A DNA stretch of 64,000 bases from an uncultured Chitinophagales bacterium. Its GTDB lineage: Bacteria; Bacteroidota; Bacteroidia; Chitinophagales; CAZNGA01. The stretch lies in contig CAZNGA010000002.1 in the NCBI GenBank assembly GCA_964572485.1, positions 10,874 through 74,873 of the forward strand. Direction: 5' to 3'. Positions 31,501-37,999 of the stretch are shown here, one piece after another. The notes under the pieces were generated by a model. That model made no database searches. It saw only the letters and a program-made list of their open reading frames with translations, and was not told the DNA's origin. Positions within the stretch are counted from its first letter, which is position 1; each line of letters opens with the position of its first letter. The position numbers and the translations under genes are program-made.

Positions 31501-34500
31501 TAACAGGTGGTGCCTCACTAAACCCATTCAAACAAATAGTTGTATCCTGATCATTGTTCAGCAAAACAATTGTATCAGGGAAGTTTCCCAGGCTAGTGGG
31601 AGAAAATGTGACGATAATTTGGCCGGTATCAAAAGGTAAGATACTCAAAGCATTGGTATCAAAAGTATACTCCACCAGCGTACTTGTGATGCTTGAGAAA
31701 GACAATGTATCACATCCTGTATTGTAAATGATCAATGTATCATAAGCTGTTGTGCTCTTTGTTATCGTATCAAAATCAAAACAGGTATCTGACAAACTAA
31801 GAACCGGTACTCCAACAACTGTTAAGCTGCAAAAGACAGTATCCTGAGGTGTGGCCGGATCATTTGAATTAATAAATAGGTTAGAGGTGTATTGGCCACT
31901 GGCTAAGCCGGTTGACTTGAATTCTACATTAATTACTGTAGAATCTCCACCCACTAAAGTATCTGATGATGTTGAAATATTAAGCCAGGTCAATCCATTA
32001 TGTGATAGCTCAACGAGATGAAGTTTATCACCTGTAGTCCCATTGACACTACCACTGTTATCTATTGTTACTGTTACAACACCATCACTCAGCCAATTCG
32101 TTACCGTTGATCCACCGTAAGCATAATTAGTAACCACATTTACTCCATCACCCACATCCCCATCAACGATCTTTTGCATAAAATTACCGTCAATATACAA
32201 GTCCGCATATTCTGAGGAACTGCCAAAATCTCCATTCAATGTAATCGTTAGGAAAAGAGAATCTGCGTCGCTAACATTTGAAAATATATGATCCGTTGAC
32301 TCCCCAGAAGTACTATATATCTTATAGCTGCTTTCCGAAAATGACGAGCCACCTACTATTAGATATTGAAGATCATACAAGCCCGTATTATATACGGTAA
32401 GTGTTTGAGTTACCGAATCATCACAAGCAGCAATTGTAACATCAAATGAATCGGGATTCACCGAAACCACCGGAGGTGGAGATCCCACGCCGGATAAACA
32501 TATGCCGGTGTCAACATCATTACTGAAAACGACAAGGGTATCCAATCGGGCTCCGACAGCTGTAGGTGTAAAGGTAATAATGATCATTCCCGTATCACCC
32601 GGATCAATAGTTAAAGCAGTTGTGTCAACCGTATAATCTCCTGTAGAGCTCGTAATATTCGTAATTGACAAGGTATCACAGCCAATGCTATAGAAATACA
32701 AAGTATCATCGGTAGATGTCCATTGCATAACAGAATCTAGCGTTAAGCAAGTATCCGACAAGGCCATAACCGGGCTGAAAGTGACATTCAGCGTGCAAGG
32801 CACAGAAATTTGCGGGAGAAGCGGATCATTACTATTGATCTTCAGGGTAAGATAATATTGGCCGGTTGCCAGGCCATTTGCATTGAATTTTACATTGATC
32901 ACACTTGAATCTCCACTGACTACAGTATCTGCAGTACTGGAGATTGTTATACCTGCAGAAACATAAATAGTATAATCTTCAGTTTGTCCATACACGGCAT
33001 CTGAACAAGCGGTAGGAACCGGGCTGCCCGAATAATCAGTGGCTACACGCATTCTCAAACCTGTGCCGGTTACTGCACTTAATGGAATCGTTATATCAGA
33101 TGAACGGAAGCCATTGGCATAACCGGAATGAACCAATTCAGAGACATCAAAGGTTCCATTATTATTGTAATCGATCCAAACACGTGAATATTCCCAATAA
33201 GAATTACTCTCCTGGATAGACAGGGTATAGGTGTTGCCTGAAATAACAGTTGTACTTACAGAGCCAGTATAATCTATATACCTTCCATTGGTTACAGAAG
33301 TTGTATTGTTTATGGTGTTGAAGGTGACATTGGATATCCCCATACCACAACAGTTATTCTTAGCTCCTATTGTTGGTGTACATGTAGCTGTGACAGGTAG
33401 CTCCCCATTATCATCAATAGTGAAGATCAGGTCATTGGCGCCAGTATTATATATAGTAAGTGTTTGTGTAACAGAATCATTACAAACCGAAATATTAACA
33501 TTGAATGAATCAGGGTCGATAGTGATTGCCGGAGCTGCAGTTGATACTCCCGACAAGCATACCGTTGTATCAATATCATTAGTAAATATGGTAAGAGTAT
33601 CAATAAATGACCCTGCAGTAGTAGGTGCAAATGTAACGATCAAGTATCCTGTATCGCCGGGGACCACAGAAAGTGATGTGGTGTTAACAGTAAACGCAGC
33701 AAGAGAATTGGTCACATTGGACACAATGATTGTATCACAATTAGTATTGTAGATCTGCACCGTATCCGTTGAAGATAAATATTGAACAGTAGTGTCCAAT
33801 ACCAAGCAAGTATCAGATATTCCTAATGTTGGGCTAGTGGTAATTGTTAAAGTACATGGCACCACAATTTGAGGTGTTAACGGATCATTTGAATTAATAA
33901 TAATGGAGGTAGCATAGGCACCGGAGCCCATATTAGTTCCATCAAACAGTACGGTTATTATAGAAGAATCCCCCATTAAGACAGTATCCAGAGATACATT
34001 AGCAGTAACCCAATCAGAACCTTTAAGGGTCATTTCCACCTGATGCAATTTCACGCCGAAGGTTCCAACTGCTGCACTATTATCGAGAGTAACTGTTATT
34101 TCCCCGTCTGCCAGCCATCCATCAACGGTAGCACCACTATTGGAATAGTTGTACACAATATTTGTACCCACAGGTGGATTGCCATCAGGTATCTGTATAA
34201 TGAATTGTCCGTCGATGTATAGATCGGCGTATTCATCAGCCTCATCAAAGTCACCATTTATGGTAATGGTTAGGAAGACTGAGTCACCAAAAGTCCCTAA
34301 ATTAGTGAACACAAGATCCGAACTAGCACCTGAACCACTGTAATTTTGGGTGATGGTAGAATTGTGAGTTTGCCCAACTCCTGTGTTGGTACTAAATATA
34401 AGATCTGATGTCCCTGAATTGTAAATTGTTAACGTATCATATAGTGAATCGGTACAGGTGAAAAAATTGACATTAAATGAATCGGGATTAATAGTAATGA

Positions 34501-37500
34501 CAGGTGGGACAATTCCAACTCCTGAAAGGCAGACGGTAGTATCCACATCATTACTGAAAATAGTCAATGTATCCAGGTAAGTAGCCGCTGCAATAGGCGT
34601 GAATGAAACGATCACTTGTGCTGAGTCTCCCGGCAAGATGGTCAATGCGGTTGTGTCAATACTAAATACAGTTGTGTTCTTAGTGATGTTCGTTACCGAT
34701 AATGTATCGCATCCATTATTATAGATGGTTAGCGTAGTATTATTTGTAAAGGTTATCGTTGCGGTATCGAGATCTAAACAGGTATCTGATAATGCTATAA
34801 GAGGGTTTCCTGCAATAGATAAGTTGACCGGAACATTTAGTGTCGGATTTTGAGGATCGTTAGATAAGATAACAAAGGTATCGTTATAAGAGCCGGCATT
34901 CATGCCCAACCCATTCATTTGAATAGCGATCTTGGTAGAATCACCAGCCAGGGTCGTGTCAGATGTGTTTGCAGAACTTAACCAAAGTTCCGAATTACTC
35001 ATAGACCAGATCAATGTATCCAGCCCTGTATTATATATTGTCAATGTGTCTACAATGGAGTCATTGCAGGGAACAAAATTTACAACAAAAGAATCAGGAC
35101 CAAAAGAAGCAATTGGTGACCCAATACCCACACCAGAAAGGCAGATCAATGTATCTTTATCATCAGTGAAAACTGAAAGCGTATCCACAAAGCTACCTAC
35201 AGCAGTAGGTGTAAATGAAACGATAATCGAAGTAGAATCACCTGGCGCAATTTTGAAATAGGTAGGGTTTACATCGAAAAGACTTCCCGGATTTGTAATA
35301 TTATAGATGGTCAAAGAATCGCAACCGGTATTATAGAAAGTGATCGGGGTATCGGTGGTTGTCCACTGCATGGCAGTATCTAAAGCCATACAGGTATCAG
35401 ACAATGCCAATACGGGATAACCAACCACAGTTAATGTACAAGGTATTACAATAGAAGGCGATAGGGGATCATTGGTAGTGATTGTAACTGTTGAAATATA
35501 AGATCCTGAATCTGATAAGGTCGATCCATTTAACTCAACAGTGATTTGAGTAGAATCTCCGGGAACAATGGTATCTATCGCCAACGAAACATTGACCCAA
35601 GGGGCTCCCGTTGCAACAGTATAGTTCAGATTGGTAAGTCCGGTATTATAAACAGTCAGTATGGTAGATACTGAATCAAAGCAGGTGGTTATAGATAATG
35701 CAATGGTATCCGGCTGCGCAGAGGCAATAGGTGCCCCTATGGAATAGCCAAATAAACAAACTGTGGTATCTACACCATCGCTAAACACATTCAAGGTATC
35801 AACAATGGCTCCTGCAATTGTTGGGGTAAAGGTGATGAACAGCTCAGCAGAATCACCCGGCAGGATAGAAAACGAGGTAGTATTTAAGGTGATATGAGAT
35901 TGTGCATTTGTAATGTTTGTAATATTAAGTGTGTCACAACCTGTATTGTAGAACTTCAAAGTATCCACATTAGTCAGATGTTGGTTCACAGTATCAAGGT
36001 CAATACATGTATCAGATAAACCGAGCAGGGGTTCCCCATTAACGGTCAATGTGCAAGGTATGGTTATAATAGGTGTAAGTGGATCATTTGAATTTATAGC
36101 GACAGATGAAACATATACCCCTGAATCCAATCCTAAACCATTGAATTCTACAGTGATCACTGCAGAATCGCCAACCGCAATTGTGTCAGCTCCCAAAGAT
36201 AAATTTAACCAGGTAGCACTGTCGGTAAAGGTGCAGAGCATATCCCCCAATCCAATATTATATACTGTTAGAACTACGCTTGACGAATCATCACAAGCAG
36301 CAATTGCAACATCTAATGTGTCCGGTGATACTGAATCAACCGGTGCACCTGCAGAAAACCCTGTTAAACAAATGGTAGTATCTGCAGCATTTGTATAGAT
36401 GTTAAGTGTATCTACAATTACGCCAGTAGCCACCGGGTTAAAGCTCACAGTCACTATTAATGAATCTCCGGGAAGAATTGGAACCGGAGTAACTAAGGTT
36501 GTATATTCAGGCGATGCATTGGTAATGCTGTCAAGGAGTAATGTATCACAACCCATATTATAAAGTACCAAGGGAGTATCCACGGAGGTCCACTGCATGA
36601 TCGTATCCATATCCAAACAAGTAGCTGACAATCCTAATACAGGATAGCCACTCACTGTCAAGACGCAGTTAATAATGATCTTTGGAGTAATAGGGTCGTC
36701 GGAATCAAGTGCTACCACAGAGTTGTAAACACCTGTATTTAATCCAAGCGCATTGAATTCAATGGAAATAATTGATGAATCGCCAGGTAATATTGTGTCA
36801 ATCGCTACTGACACATTCAACCACGTTGCTGAATCTGTAATTCCAACGATCAATGAATCTAAACCAGTATTATATATTTTTAAGGACTTAGTACTCGAAT
36901 CATCGCAGACCGATATTAGCGCACTTAGCGAATCAACATCTGTGGATATCACAGGGGCTGCAATACCCACTCCAGTCAAGCAAATCGTGGTATCCGCAAT
37001 ATTATTGAATATTGTGATGGTGTCCACAAAACTGCCTACAGCGGTAGGTGTAAATGAAACTGTAACCGTTGCACTATCTCCAGGGAATATGGATAGGGCA
37101 GTCGTATCTACCGAGAATATTGGCAACACGTTTGTAATATTGGTGACGATTACCGTATCACATTCCGTATTATAGATATTAAAACTCAGTTGATTTGTTA
37201 CTAATTGTAATGCTGTATCCAGGGAAAGGCAAGTATCTGATAAGGCGATAGTTGCATTAGTTATTATAGTGAGTGTGCAAGGGATCGAAATAACCGGTGT
37301 GATCCCATCATTTGAGTAAAGAAAGATCACAGAAGTGTAAACCCCAGAGGGTAACCCAAGTCCATTGAACATAACGCTAACAATAGTTGAATCTCCAGCT
37401 ACGATGGTATCTAATGATAAAGCAGCACTTAACCATGTTGCACCGCTAAGTTCCAGTTGAACCTGGTGCAATTTCACACCAAAATCACCCACATCCGGGC

Positions 37501-37999
37501 TATTTGCAAGTGTGACATTGATATCGCCATCAGCCAGCCAATTGGCTACCGTACTTCCACCATAAGCAAGATTTATTATTATTGGAGTTCCCACAGGTAC
37601 ATCACCATCGCTTAACAATGTCACAAAAACACCATCCACGAAAAGGGAACACAATTCAGGTGCCTGATCAAAATCACCATTTATCGTAATAGTAAAGAAT
37701 ACTGAATCACTGGTGAATCCCAAATTTGTAAAGGAATGATCTGTGCTCGCTCCCGCACCACTGTAATATTTAGTGCTTGTAGAATCATAGGTGATCCCAA
37801 ACCCAGGTAATACCTTATAGGTAAGATCTGACGATCCTGTATTATAGACTTTAAGCGTATCCGTCAATGAATCATTACATGCAGAAATAGAAACATCAAA
37901 TGAATCAGGAGCAACTGAAATGATAGGTTGGGCTAATCCTCGGGCAACTGTCCCCAATAGAAAAAGCAATAGCAATAAACTTTGTAGTTTTGAATTCAT
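16577..37999 (-). CDS. Giant T9SS type-A cargo / surface adhesin-like protein, 7,140 aa
   Basis: The ATG at 37999 gives the signal peptide MNSKLQSLLLLLFLLGTVARGLAQP. The track ORF runs to 38140 only because there is no in-frame stop. It has 16 two-domain units plus one half unit, with approximate junctions at 36960, 36350, 35735, 35115, 34505, 33535, 32475, 31510, 30010, 28940, 27965, 27000, 25930, 24675, 22895, 21930 and 21175. These are followed by 14 Cys-containing ~85-aa tandem repeats (17339-20929). The last ~80 aa (LNIFPNPTLGSFMVDF...APGIYYLQVVTDKGTAIRKVIREN) are a type-A sorting domain. A hairpin terminator lies 33 nt downstream. Confidence 0.9.
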   Translation of the reverse strand: MNSKLQSLLLLLFLLGTVARGLAQPIISVAPDSFDVSISACNDSLTDTLKVYNTGSSDLTYKVLPGFGITYDSTSTKYYSGAGASTDHSFTNLGFTSDSVFFTITINGDFDQAPELCSLFVDGVFVTLLSDGDVPVGTPIIINLAYGGSTVANWLADGDINVTLANSPDVGDFGVKLHQVQLELSGATWLSAALSLDTIVAGDSTIVSVMFNGLGLPSGVYTSVIFLYSNDGITPVISIPCTLTIITNATIALSDTCLSLDTALQLVTNQLSFNIYNTECDTVIVTNITNVLPIFSVDTTALSIFPGDSATVTVSFTPTAVGSFVDTITIFNNIADTTICLTGVGIAAPVISTDVDSLSALISVCDDSSTKSLKIYNTGLDSLIVGITDSATWLNVSVAIDTILPGDSSIISIEFNALGLNTGVYNSVVALDSDDPITPKIIINCVLTVSGYPVLGLSATCLDMDTIMQWTSVDTPLVLYNMGCDTLLLDSITNASPEYTTLVTPVPILPGDSLIVTVSFNPVATGVIVDTLNIYTNAADTTICLTGFSAGAPVDSVSPDTLDVAIAACDDSSSVVLTVYNIGLGDMLCTFTDSATWLNLSLGADTIAVGDSAVITVEFNGLGLDSGVYVSSVAINSNDPLTPIITIPCTLTVNGEPLLGLSDTCIDLDTVNQHLTNVDTLKFYNTGCDTLNITNITNAQSHITLNTTSFSILPGDSAELFITFTPTIAGAIVDTLNVFSDGVDTTVCLFGYSIGAPIASAQPDTIALSITTCFDSVSTILTVYNTGLTNLNYTVATGAPWVNVSLAIDTIVPGDSTQITVELNGSTLSDSGSYISTVTITTNDPLSPSIVIPCTLTVVGYPVLALSDTCMALDTAMQWTTTDTPITFYNTGCDSLTIYNITNPGSLFDVNPTYFKIAPGDSTSIIVSFTPTAVGSFVDTLSVFTDDKDTLICLSGVGIGSPIASFGPDSFVVNFVPCNDSIVDTLTIYNTGLDTLIWSMSNSELWLSSANTSDTTLAGDSTKIAIQMNGLGMNAGSYNDTFVILSNDPQNPTLNVPVNLSIAGNPLIALSDTCLDLDTATITFTNNTTLTIYNNGCDTLSVTNITKNTTVFSIDTTALTILPGDSAQVIVSFTPIAAATYLDTLTIFSNDVDTTVCLSGVGIVPPVITINPDSFNVNFFTCTDSLYDTLTIYNSGTSDLIFSTNTGVGQTHNSTITQNYSGSGASSDLVFTNLGTFGDSVFLTITINGDFDEADEYADLYIDGQFIIQIPDGNPPVGTNIVYNYSNSGATVDGWLADGEITVTLDNSAAVGTFGVKLHQVEMTLKGSDWVTANVSLDTVLMGDSSIITVLFDGTNMGSGAYATSIIINSNDPLTPQIVVPCTLTITTSPTLGISDTCLVLDTTVQYLSSTDTVQIYNTNCDTIIVSNVTNSLAAFTVNTTSLSVVPGDTGYLIVTFAPTTAGSFIDTLTIFTNDIDTTVCLSGVSTAAPAITIDPDSFNVNISVCNDSVTQTLTIYNTGANDLIFTIDDNGELPVTATCTPTIGAKNNCCGMGISNVTFNTINNTTSVTNGRYIDYTGSVSTTVISGNTYTLSIQESNSYWEYSRVWIDYNNNGTFDVSELVHSGYANGFRSSDITIPLSAVTGTGLRMRVATDYSGSPVPTACSDAVYGQTEDYTIYVSAGITISSTADTVVSGDSSVINVKFNANGLATGQYYLTLKINSNDPLLPQISVPCTLNVTFSPVMALSDTCLTLDSVMQWTSTDDTLYFYSIGCDTLSITNITSSTGDYTVDTTALTIDPGDTGMIIITFTPTAVGARLDTLVVFSNDVDTGICLSGVGSPPPVVSVNPDSFDVTIAACDDSVTQTLTVYNTGLYDLQYLIVGGSSFSESSYKIYSTSGESTDHIFSNVSDADSLFLTITLNGDFGSSSEYADLYIDGNFMQKIVDGDVGDGVNVVTNYAYGGSTVTNWLSDGVVTVTIDNSGSVNGTTGDKLHLVELSHNGLTWLNISTSSDTLVGGDSTVINVEFKSTGLASGQYTSNLFINSNDPATPQDTVFCSLTVVGVPVLSLSDTCFDFDTITKSTTAYDTLIIYNTGCDTLSFSSITSTLVEYTFDTNALSILPFDTGQIIVTFSPTSLGNFPDTIVLLNNDQDTTICLNGFSEAPPVISYSPDSFDVTIVACDDSITETLTTYNTGPGDLFYNLYAGFGETYSAVDSQTYSVGGALTNHVFNGIIRSDSMYLTITVMGDYNSSSEYVDLYVDGDFVMQLDDGNGAYNSAIVIPVALGGTLVQGWTDDGTVIIGLHNSVFVDEGGIDLHAVQIALNGVDWVSSSITSDTIANGDSTQIDIKFRSSGLSVGTYYSWIRVQSNDQLSPMFTIPCTLTVNGSPIIGLSDTCIDMDTAVVGVTNTDTLQIFNNGCDTLSVTGAANAQTIFSTDTFNIKVSSRISHSLDDAEEYVSNGGMDLTSSDLEFVDDGATAQIVGMRFQDINVPQGATIVNAYIKFECDEADAGATNLTVYGEDINSSVQFMNTSYNISLRTKTTASVSWDTISPWTVNNKYQTPNLATIVEEVVGRAGWASGNPMTFIVEGSGERTAEAFNGESEHAPLLVIQYAVPTMNILPGDTGFVIVNFTPSSLGNFTDTINIFNNDVDATVCLSGTGIGAPIISVDPDSFNVTIIACDDSVTQTLTVYNTGTNDLIYSMEIDSFEGDFGGLPIAATCYPITTGYCCNMGIYNVTFNTINNTSSNGSVGYEDFTGINTTVGLGQSYSISIQTGTTYNEDVEVWIDFNNNGIFTGGENVFESLNTYVTHTGTINIPSNAIVGKPLRMRIASNYAPQASPQPCSNVQYGQFEDYTIIINSAFTFSIMSDTVAIGDSSVIDVEFNANDLDAGQYTSLLYINSNDPVNPQLVVPCTLQVVGAPVLSLVDTCFDFDTVTENYTSTDTLFLINTGCDTLSITNITNTLTEFSVDTTAMNVMPDDTGMLFVTFAPTSVSSFVDTLNVFTNDLDTTICLAGVSSGAAVISVDPDSLEATITVCHDSVTQIVTVYNTGVGDLIYNVVPGIGKNFDSTSTIIYTTYGEATDHDFTSLPPSDSVYLTITLNGDFDWSSEWAELYVDGDYLGIIVDGDPANGTDIVVNYAFSGAQVQGWLADGEITVTIDNNGNVDNWSGDRLHKVQLQLWGVSWINSSITSDTVVASDSSQISIELNALELTSGVYTSTVVINSNDPLTPQIVIPCTLTVIDNPRLVMSDSCLQLDTAQQNVSSSDTLWFYNTGCDTLFITNITNTLPEFTFGDTAFTLMPSDTDYVIVTFTPTTVATFSDSLQIVNSDADTFVCLTGVGIGASVVAVDPDTLNATILSCDDSVTQNLTIYNNGVVDLTYFVEGGSSYDSTKYNIYSTNGEDSYFTFYNVGNTDSLYLTITLNGDFSSTWEYAFLTIDGNSIGNIDDGNVADGTDIIVNYAFGGAQLAGWLADGNIVVGINNVWDVDGTTGDRLHQARLYHPGLSWLSVTDARDTVAVGDSSVLGVQFKSTGLASDVYTTNLKIQSNDPVTPTITIPATLTVDGVPILALSDTCIVFDSTMELTTSIDTLWIYNSGCDSLIVTNITNALSIFTVNDTSFSIEPWDTGMVIVSFSPTTTGSFFDTLTIFNDDVDTVICLSGVGVNAPVITVNPDSFDVTIVNCDDSVTQQLTVYNTGLGSLTYDLYFDSLSGSFGSPKSACTVTTTGYCCNMGIWNVTFNSINNSTNPGWEGYQDYSSTIGTFVNAGSTYTLSVTTGTTYNEDVCAWIDFNDNGVFEPSEKVIESLNTYVNHSTNVLIPLTAVKSRSLRMRVVSNYAPQATPTACANVQYGQFEDYTVVVNGIFNPSITSDTIMAGDSSVIDIQFNANGINSGQYFTDLTITSNDPANSPLVVPCTLTIVGAPSMALSDTCLDLGSTIQYIPTSDSFSIINLGCDTLDITNITNVLPDFTVDDTAFIVLPYDTGSLTVTFSSTSIGTFFDTLTIFTNDVDTTICITGASIGAPIIAIDPDSFNVTLVNCNDSTTLPLTVYNNGVSDLIYSIEGVNGNTYLDSILSKLNQGFASITSLIPDKYDFSDGILGTNISDGGDDMYDGGNYLGTNLGGSIPYSNNLISSSALLGPKGKYFTRKYNGLFVFAANLDGISSFEITGNNGADGDGTISAAILSVTLNGATYTGYVKRIYAAGDPSINHLIIVKNSPTTAHNYSSDTNDDDHEVTGLGSTTQIYYLLYASYDATSEGTLISNTQTRAIMTKFLEVIELNNWLGATPTSDSVVGSDSSIVTIEFNGLGLNTGTYNYDILIESNDSINTIINVPVILTVNGTPDLALSDTCITIDSTMENSSTTDSLTVINNGCDTLFVTNITNSLPEYGVDSTTLTVLPFDSERIVVTFSPTSSGTYLDTLQIFTNDVDTLICLSGVGYVMPVISVSPDSLQATIVTCTDSTSLNLTINNTGLGNLDFTICDLTTSSSLENVLSNLNTNFTDVTGEIPAPYSFTNGVTGNAIPDGGNDMYDWGNYISTNFANDINYSDDTIINDTAFGATGRYFTRKYDGLFVLGADLDSVAMFEISGELGADGTGNVDASTVVVNSCGGNFKGFIKRVYNAGDPSVNHLVIVENDAGVSHSWSANTDNDYHEITNLTSKTRIYYLLYAGTGGGYINDNTTSLIMTKFLETIYPSATWLSTSVDTGSIATGDSTVISVQFNATGFNSGQYTSDLMIYSNDPINSPTVVPCTLTVSGPPNIALSDSCVDLDTAIIGATNTDTVQIFNTGCDTLTVTGTSNAQTMFFADTFNVMVSSRIRTGLDDAEEYTATGGVDYLSTDLEFVNDGAIAQMVGMRFQNISVPQAATIVNAYIKFECDEADAGTTNLTVSAEDVDSSNQFTIALNNISTRTKTSATVAWNALPPWVVNNNYKTPDLTTIVQELVDRAGWTSGNPMTFIVEGNGERTAESFEGEPENAPLLVIQYAAPTMSILPGDTGEVVVNFLPSGLGNFTDTLTIFNNDVDTTICLSGVSLNAPAISVAPDSFDINIVPCNDSVATLFTVYNTGFGELDYIVTGGSYFDSTSSKTFSTAGETTIHNFPELGVDDSIFVTITLNGDFDGGNEYADLYIDGDFVTQIADGNPSNGTDIVVSYSLGGANVSNWLADGAIAVSVDNSPFVGAIGVNLHRVQLRVKGVGWMTVSSMGNDTLFTGDSTVYNVEFNSLGLISGVYTSEITVYSNDPSNTEITVPCTLTVVGAPVIVPSDTCVYLDSIMEFTTSSDTIYLANTGCDTLLVTNITNSLAVYTVDSTSLTINPSDSARVIITFSPVSVGTFLDTLTIVNNDADTLICLSGYGFARPIISLNPDSFNVNISGCCDSLIVPMTVYNNGLTELTWNITNSFTMSDDFDPGIDDSQWASYTGTANSLCGSNVGKAMHFDNNGMRQATTYNLDLRKGGTVDFYLKIGTGAFPCENANAGEDIVLEYSTNGGLFYSSIATYDSEDYAVFTLINEAIPDLAKTDSTILRWRQITHNGTGTDNWALDNVSISGSELVSASPDTGTIGAVDSQIVTLTFYSCGFDTGTFIGSININSNDPLSQRIIIPTILTVDSIPIAPTASSDTICETDPVPDFSVIGTGIKWYSDPALDTLVYSGNPFASGDSTAGLYVYYVTQSDTSTNCEGPADTASLLINAASVAPTGAATSTDTICAGQNVTLTVTGGALGLGATWEWYTTSCGGTPAGTGDTLIASPIVTTTYYVRGEGTCDTTICQNVVVTVTGTVSTPPSTSYASNDTICLGDTTLLIIGGGSLGSGATWEWYTLNCGGTPLATGDSVSVFPVVNTTYFVRAEGNCDTTTCDTVFVIIGSSVAATNVTASDSTVCTGDSSLLKVNGGSLGVGASWQWYSGSCGGVPVGGGDSIYVLPGATTTYYARAEGTCNTTVCDSAMIKLATNSTAAVSASATTTSICIGDSTTLVINGGALGVGATWQWYSASCGGVAVGTGDSLKVSPAVATTYFVRAESSCDTTTCVSVAITVNLLSTTPTVAAVSTTICSGDSTEIYITAGTLGTGATWQWYTASCGGVSAGTGDTIMVTPLVTTKYYGRAEGTCNTTVCDSVTITIGTNSTAPAGASATVDTVCTGDSTVLVVSGGALGTGATWQWYSASCGGTPVGTGDSLSVFPVATTTYYVRGEGGCDTTACASVTITTRISSTTPTVSATSQTICAGDSTTLFVSAGVLGTGATYQWYTTSCGGVGIGAGDSITVTPLVATTYYVRAEGTCNTTSCDSITIGLGTPSTAPVGATASIDTVCTGDSTILMVTGGALGLGADWQWYSASCGGTFVGTGDSLSVFPSATTTYFVRAEGGCDTTTCASITITFNVLSTTPTVSASVTTICVGDSSILSITGGILGTGAGWQWYSASCGGVPAGSGTSITVTPIVSTTYYARAEGTCNTTSCDSVTITIGTTSTAPVGATASADPLCSGDSTVLMVTGGALGLGADWQWYSGSCGGTFVGTGDSLSVFPAATTTYYVRAEGGCDTTTCASITITMNSASTTPTVSASVTSICVGDSSILSITGGALGTGATWQWYSASCGGVAEGAGTSITVTPLVTTTYYARAEGTCNTTVCDSVTIIISTLSTPAVSAAATSNSICVGDSTVLLVNGGVLGSGANWAWYSASCGGTLVGTGDSLSVFPVVTTTYFVRAEGGCDTTTCVSVAITVGALSTTPTIAATTTLICAGDSSVISITGGALGSGATWQWYSVSCGGTPVGTGTSITVTPLVTTAYFARAEGSCNTTSCDSLIVVVRTTSSPAVSILPTPDTICAGNSSTLLIQGGVLGTGANWKWYTGSCGGTFIGSGNSIMVSPIISSTYYVRAEGICDTTICTSVMVIVDSLVVPPPAVTSEVRCFGEPVPDLISTGSQIKWYLNAALTNLVYIGDTFATGETAPGIYTYFVTDTKGGCQSPPAIATLTIHPSPPVVVTGRPTAILPGDSTTLSAFNALTFLWSPNIGLRDTVGSVVRASPPNTMKYYVFGTDKMGCVGVDSIKIYVEGTGIVENGTIQYLNIFPNPTLGSFMVDFIYEEGASVQLNVLNLMGQMVISKKIKAGRQGRCSQTFDLKEFAPGIYYLQVVTDKGTAIRKVIREN
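17339..20929 (-). repeat. 14 tandem coding repeats (~255-264 bp, ~85 aa) inside the giant gene, alternating as a two-unit, 513-bp super-repeat
   Basis: Each unit reads ...TIC.GDS..L.V.GG.LG.GA.WQWY..SCGG..VG.G(D/T)S(L/I).V.P...TTY(Y/F).RAEG.C.TT.C. From unit 4 on, '...SLSVFP...VRAEGGCDTTTC' units alternate with '...SITVTP...ARAEGTCNTTSC' units. The antisense ORF starts in the track fall exactly 513 nt apart (18942, 19455, 19968). Confidence 0.9.
34505..36960 (-). repeat. Four 'bare' A-B stalk units of the giant gene (period ~610-620 bp)
   Basis: Junction motifs (C-L-x-G-x-x-x-x-(A/S/P)-P-(V/I)) fall at ~36960, 36350, 35735, 35115 and 34505. The units are related at protein level; the DNA is diverged. 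Confidence 0.75.

Noticed and set aside
17526-37175. About 40 plus-strand ORFs of 60-154 aa inside the giant gene, many with near-identical translations (e.g. ...ESPVPT.VPPQLAEYHCQ.AP.P.APP...).
   Set aside because: They are antisense to a continuous 21.4-kb ORF with clear domain grammar. Their recurrence simply mirrors the sense-strand repeats, and their openness follows from codon composition. They show no start context or independent motifs.
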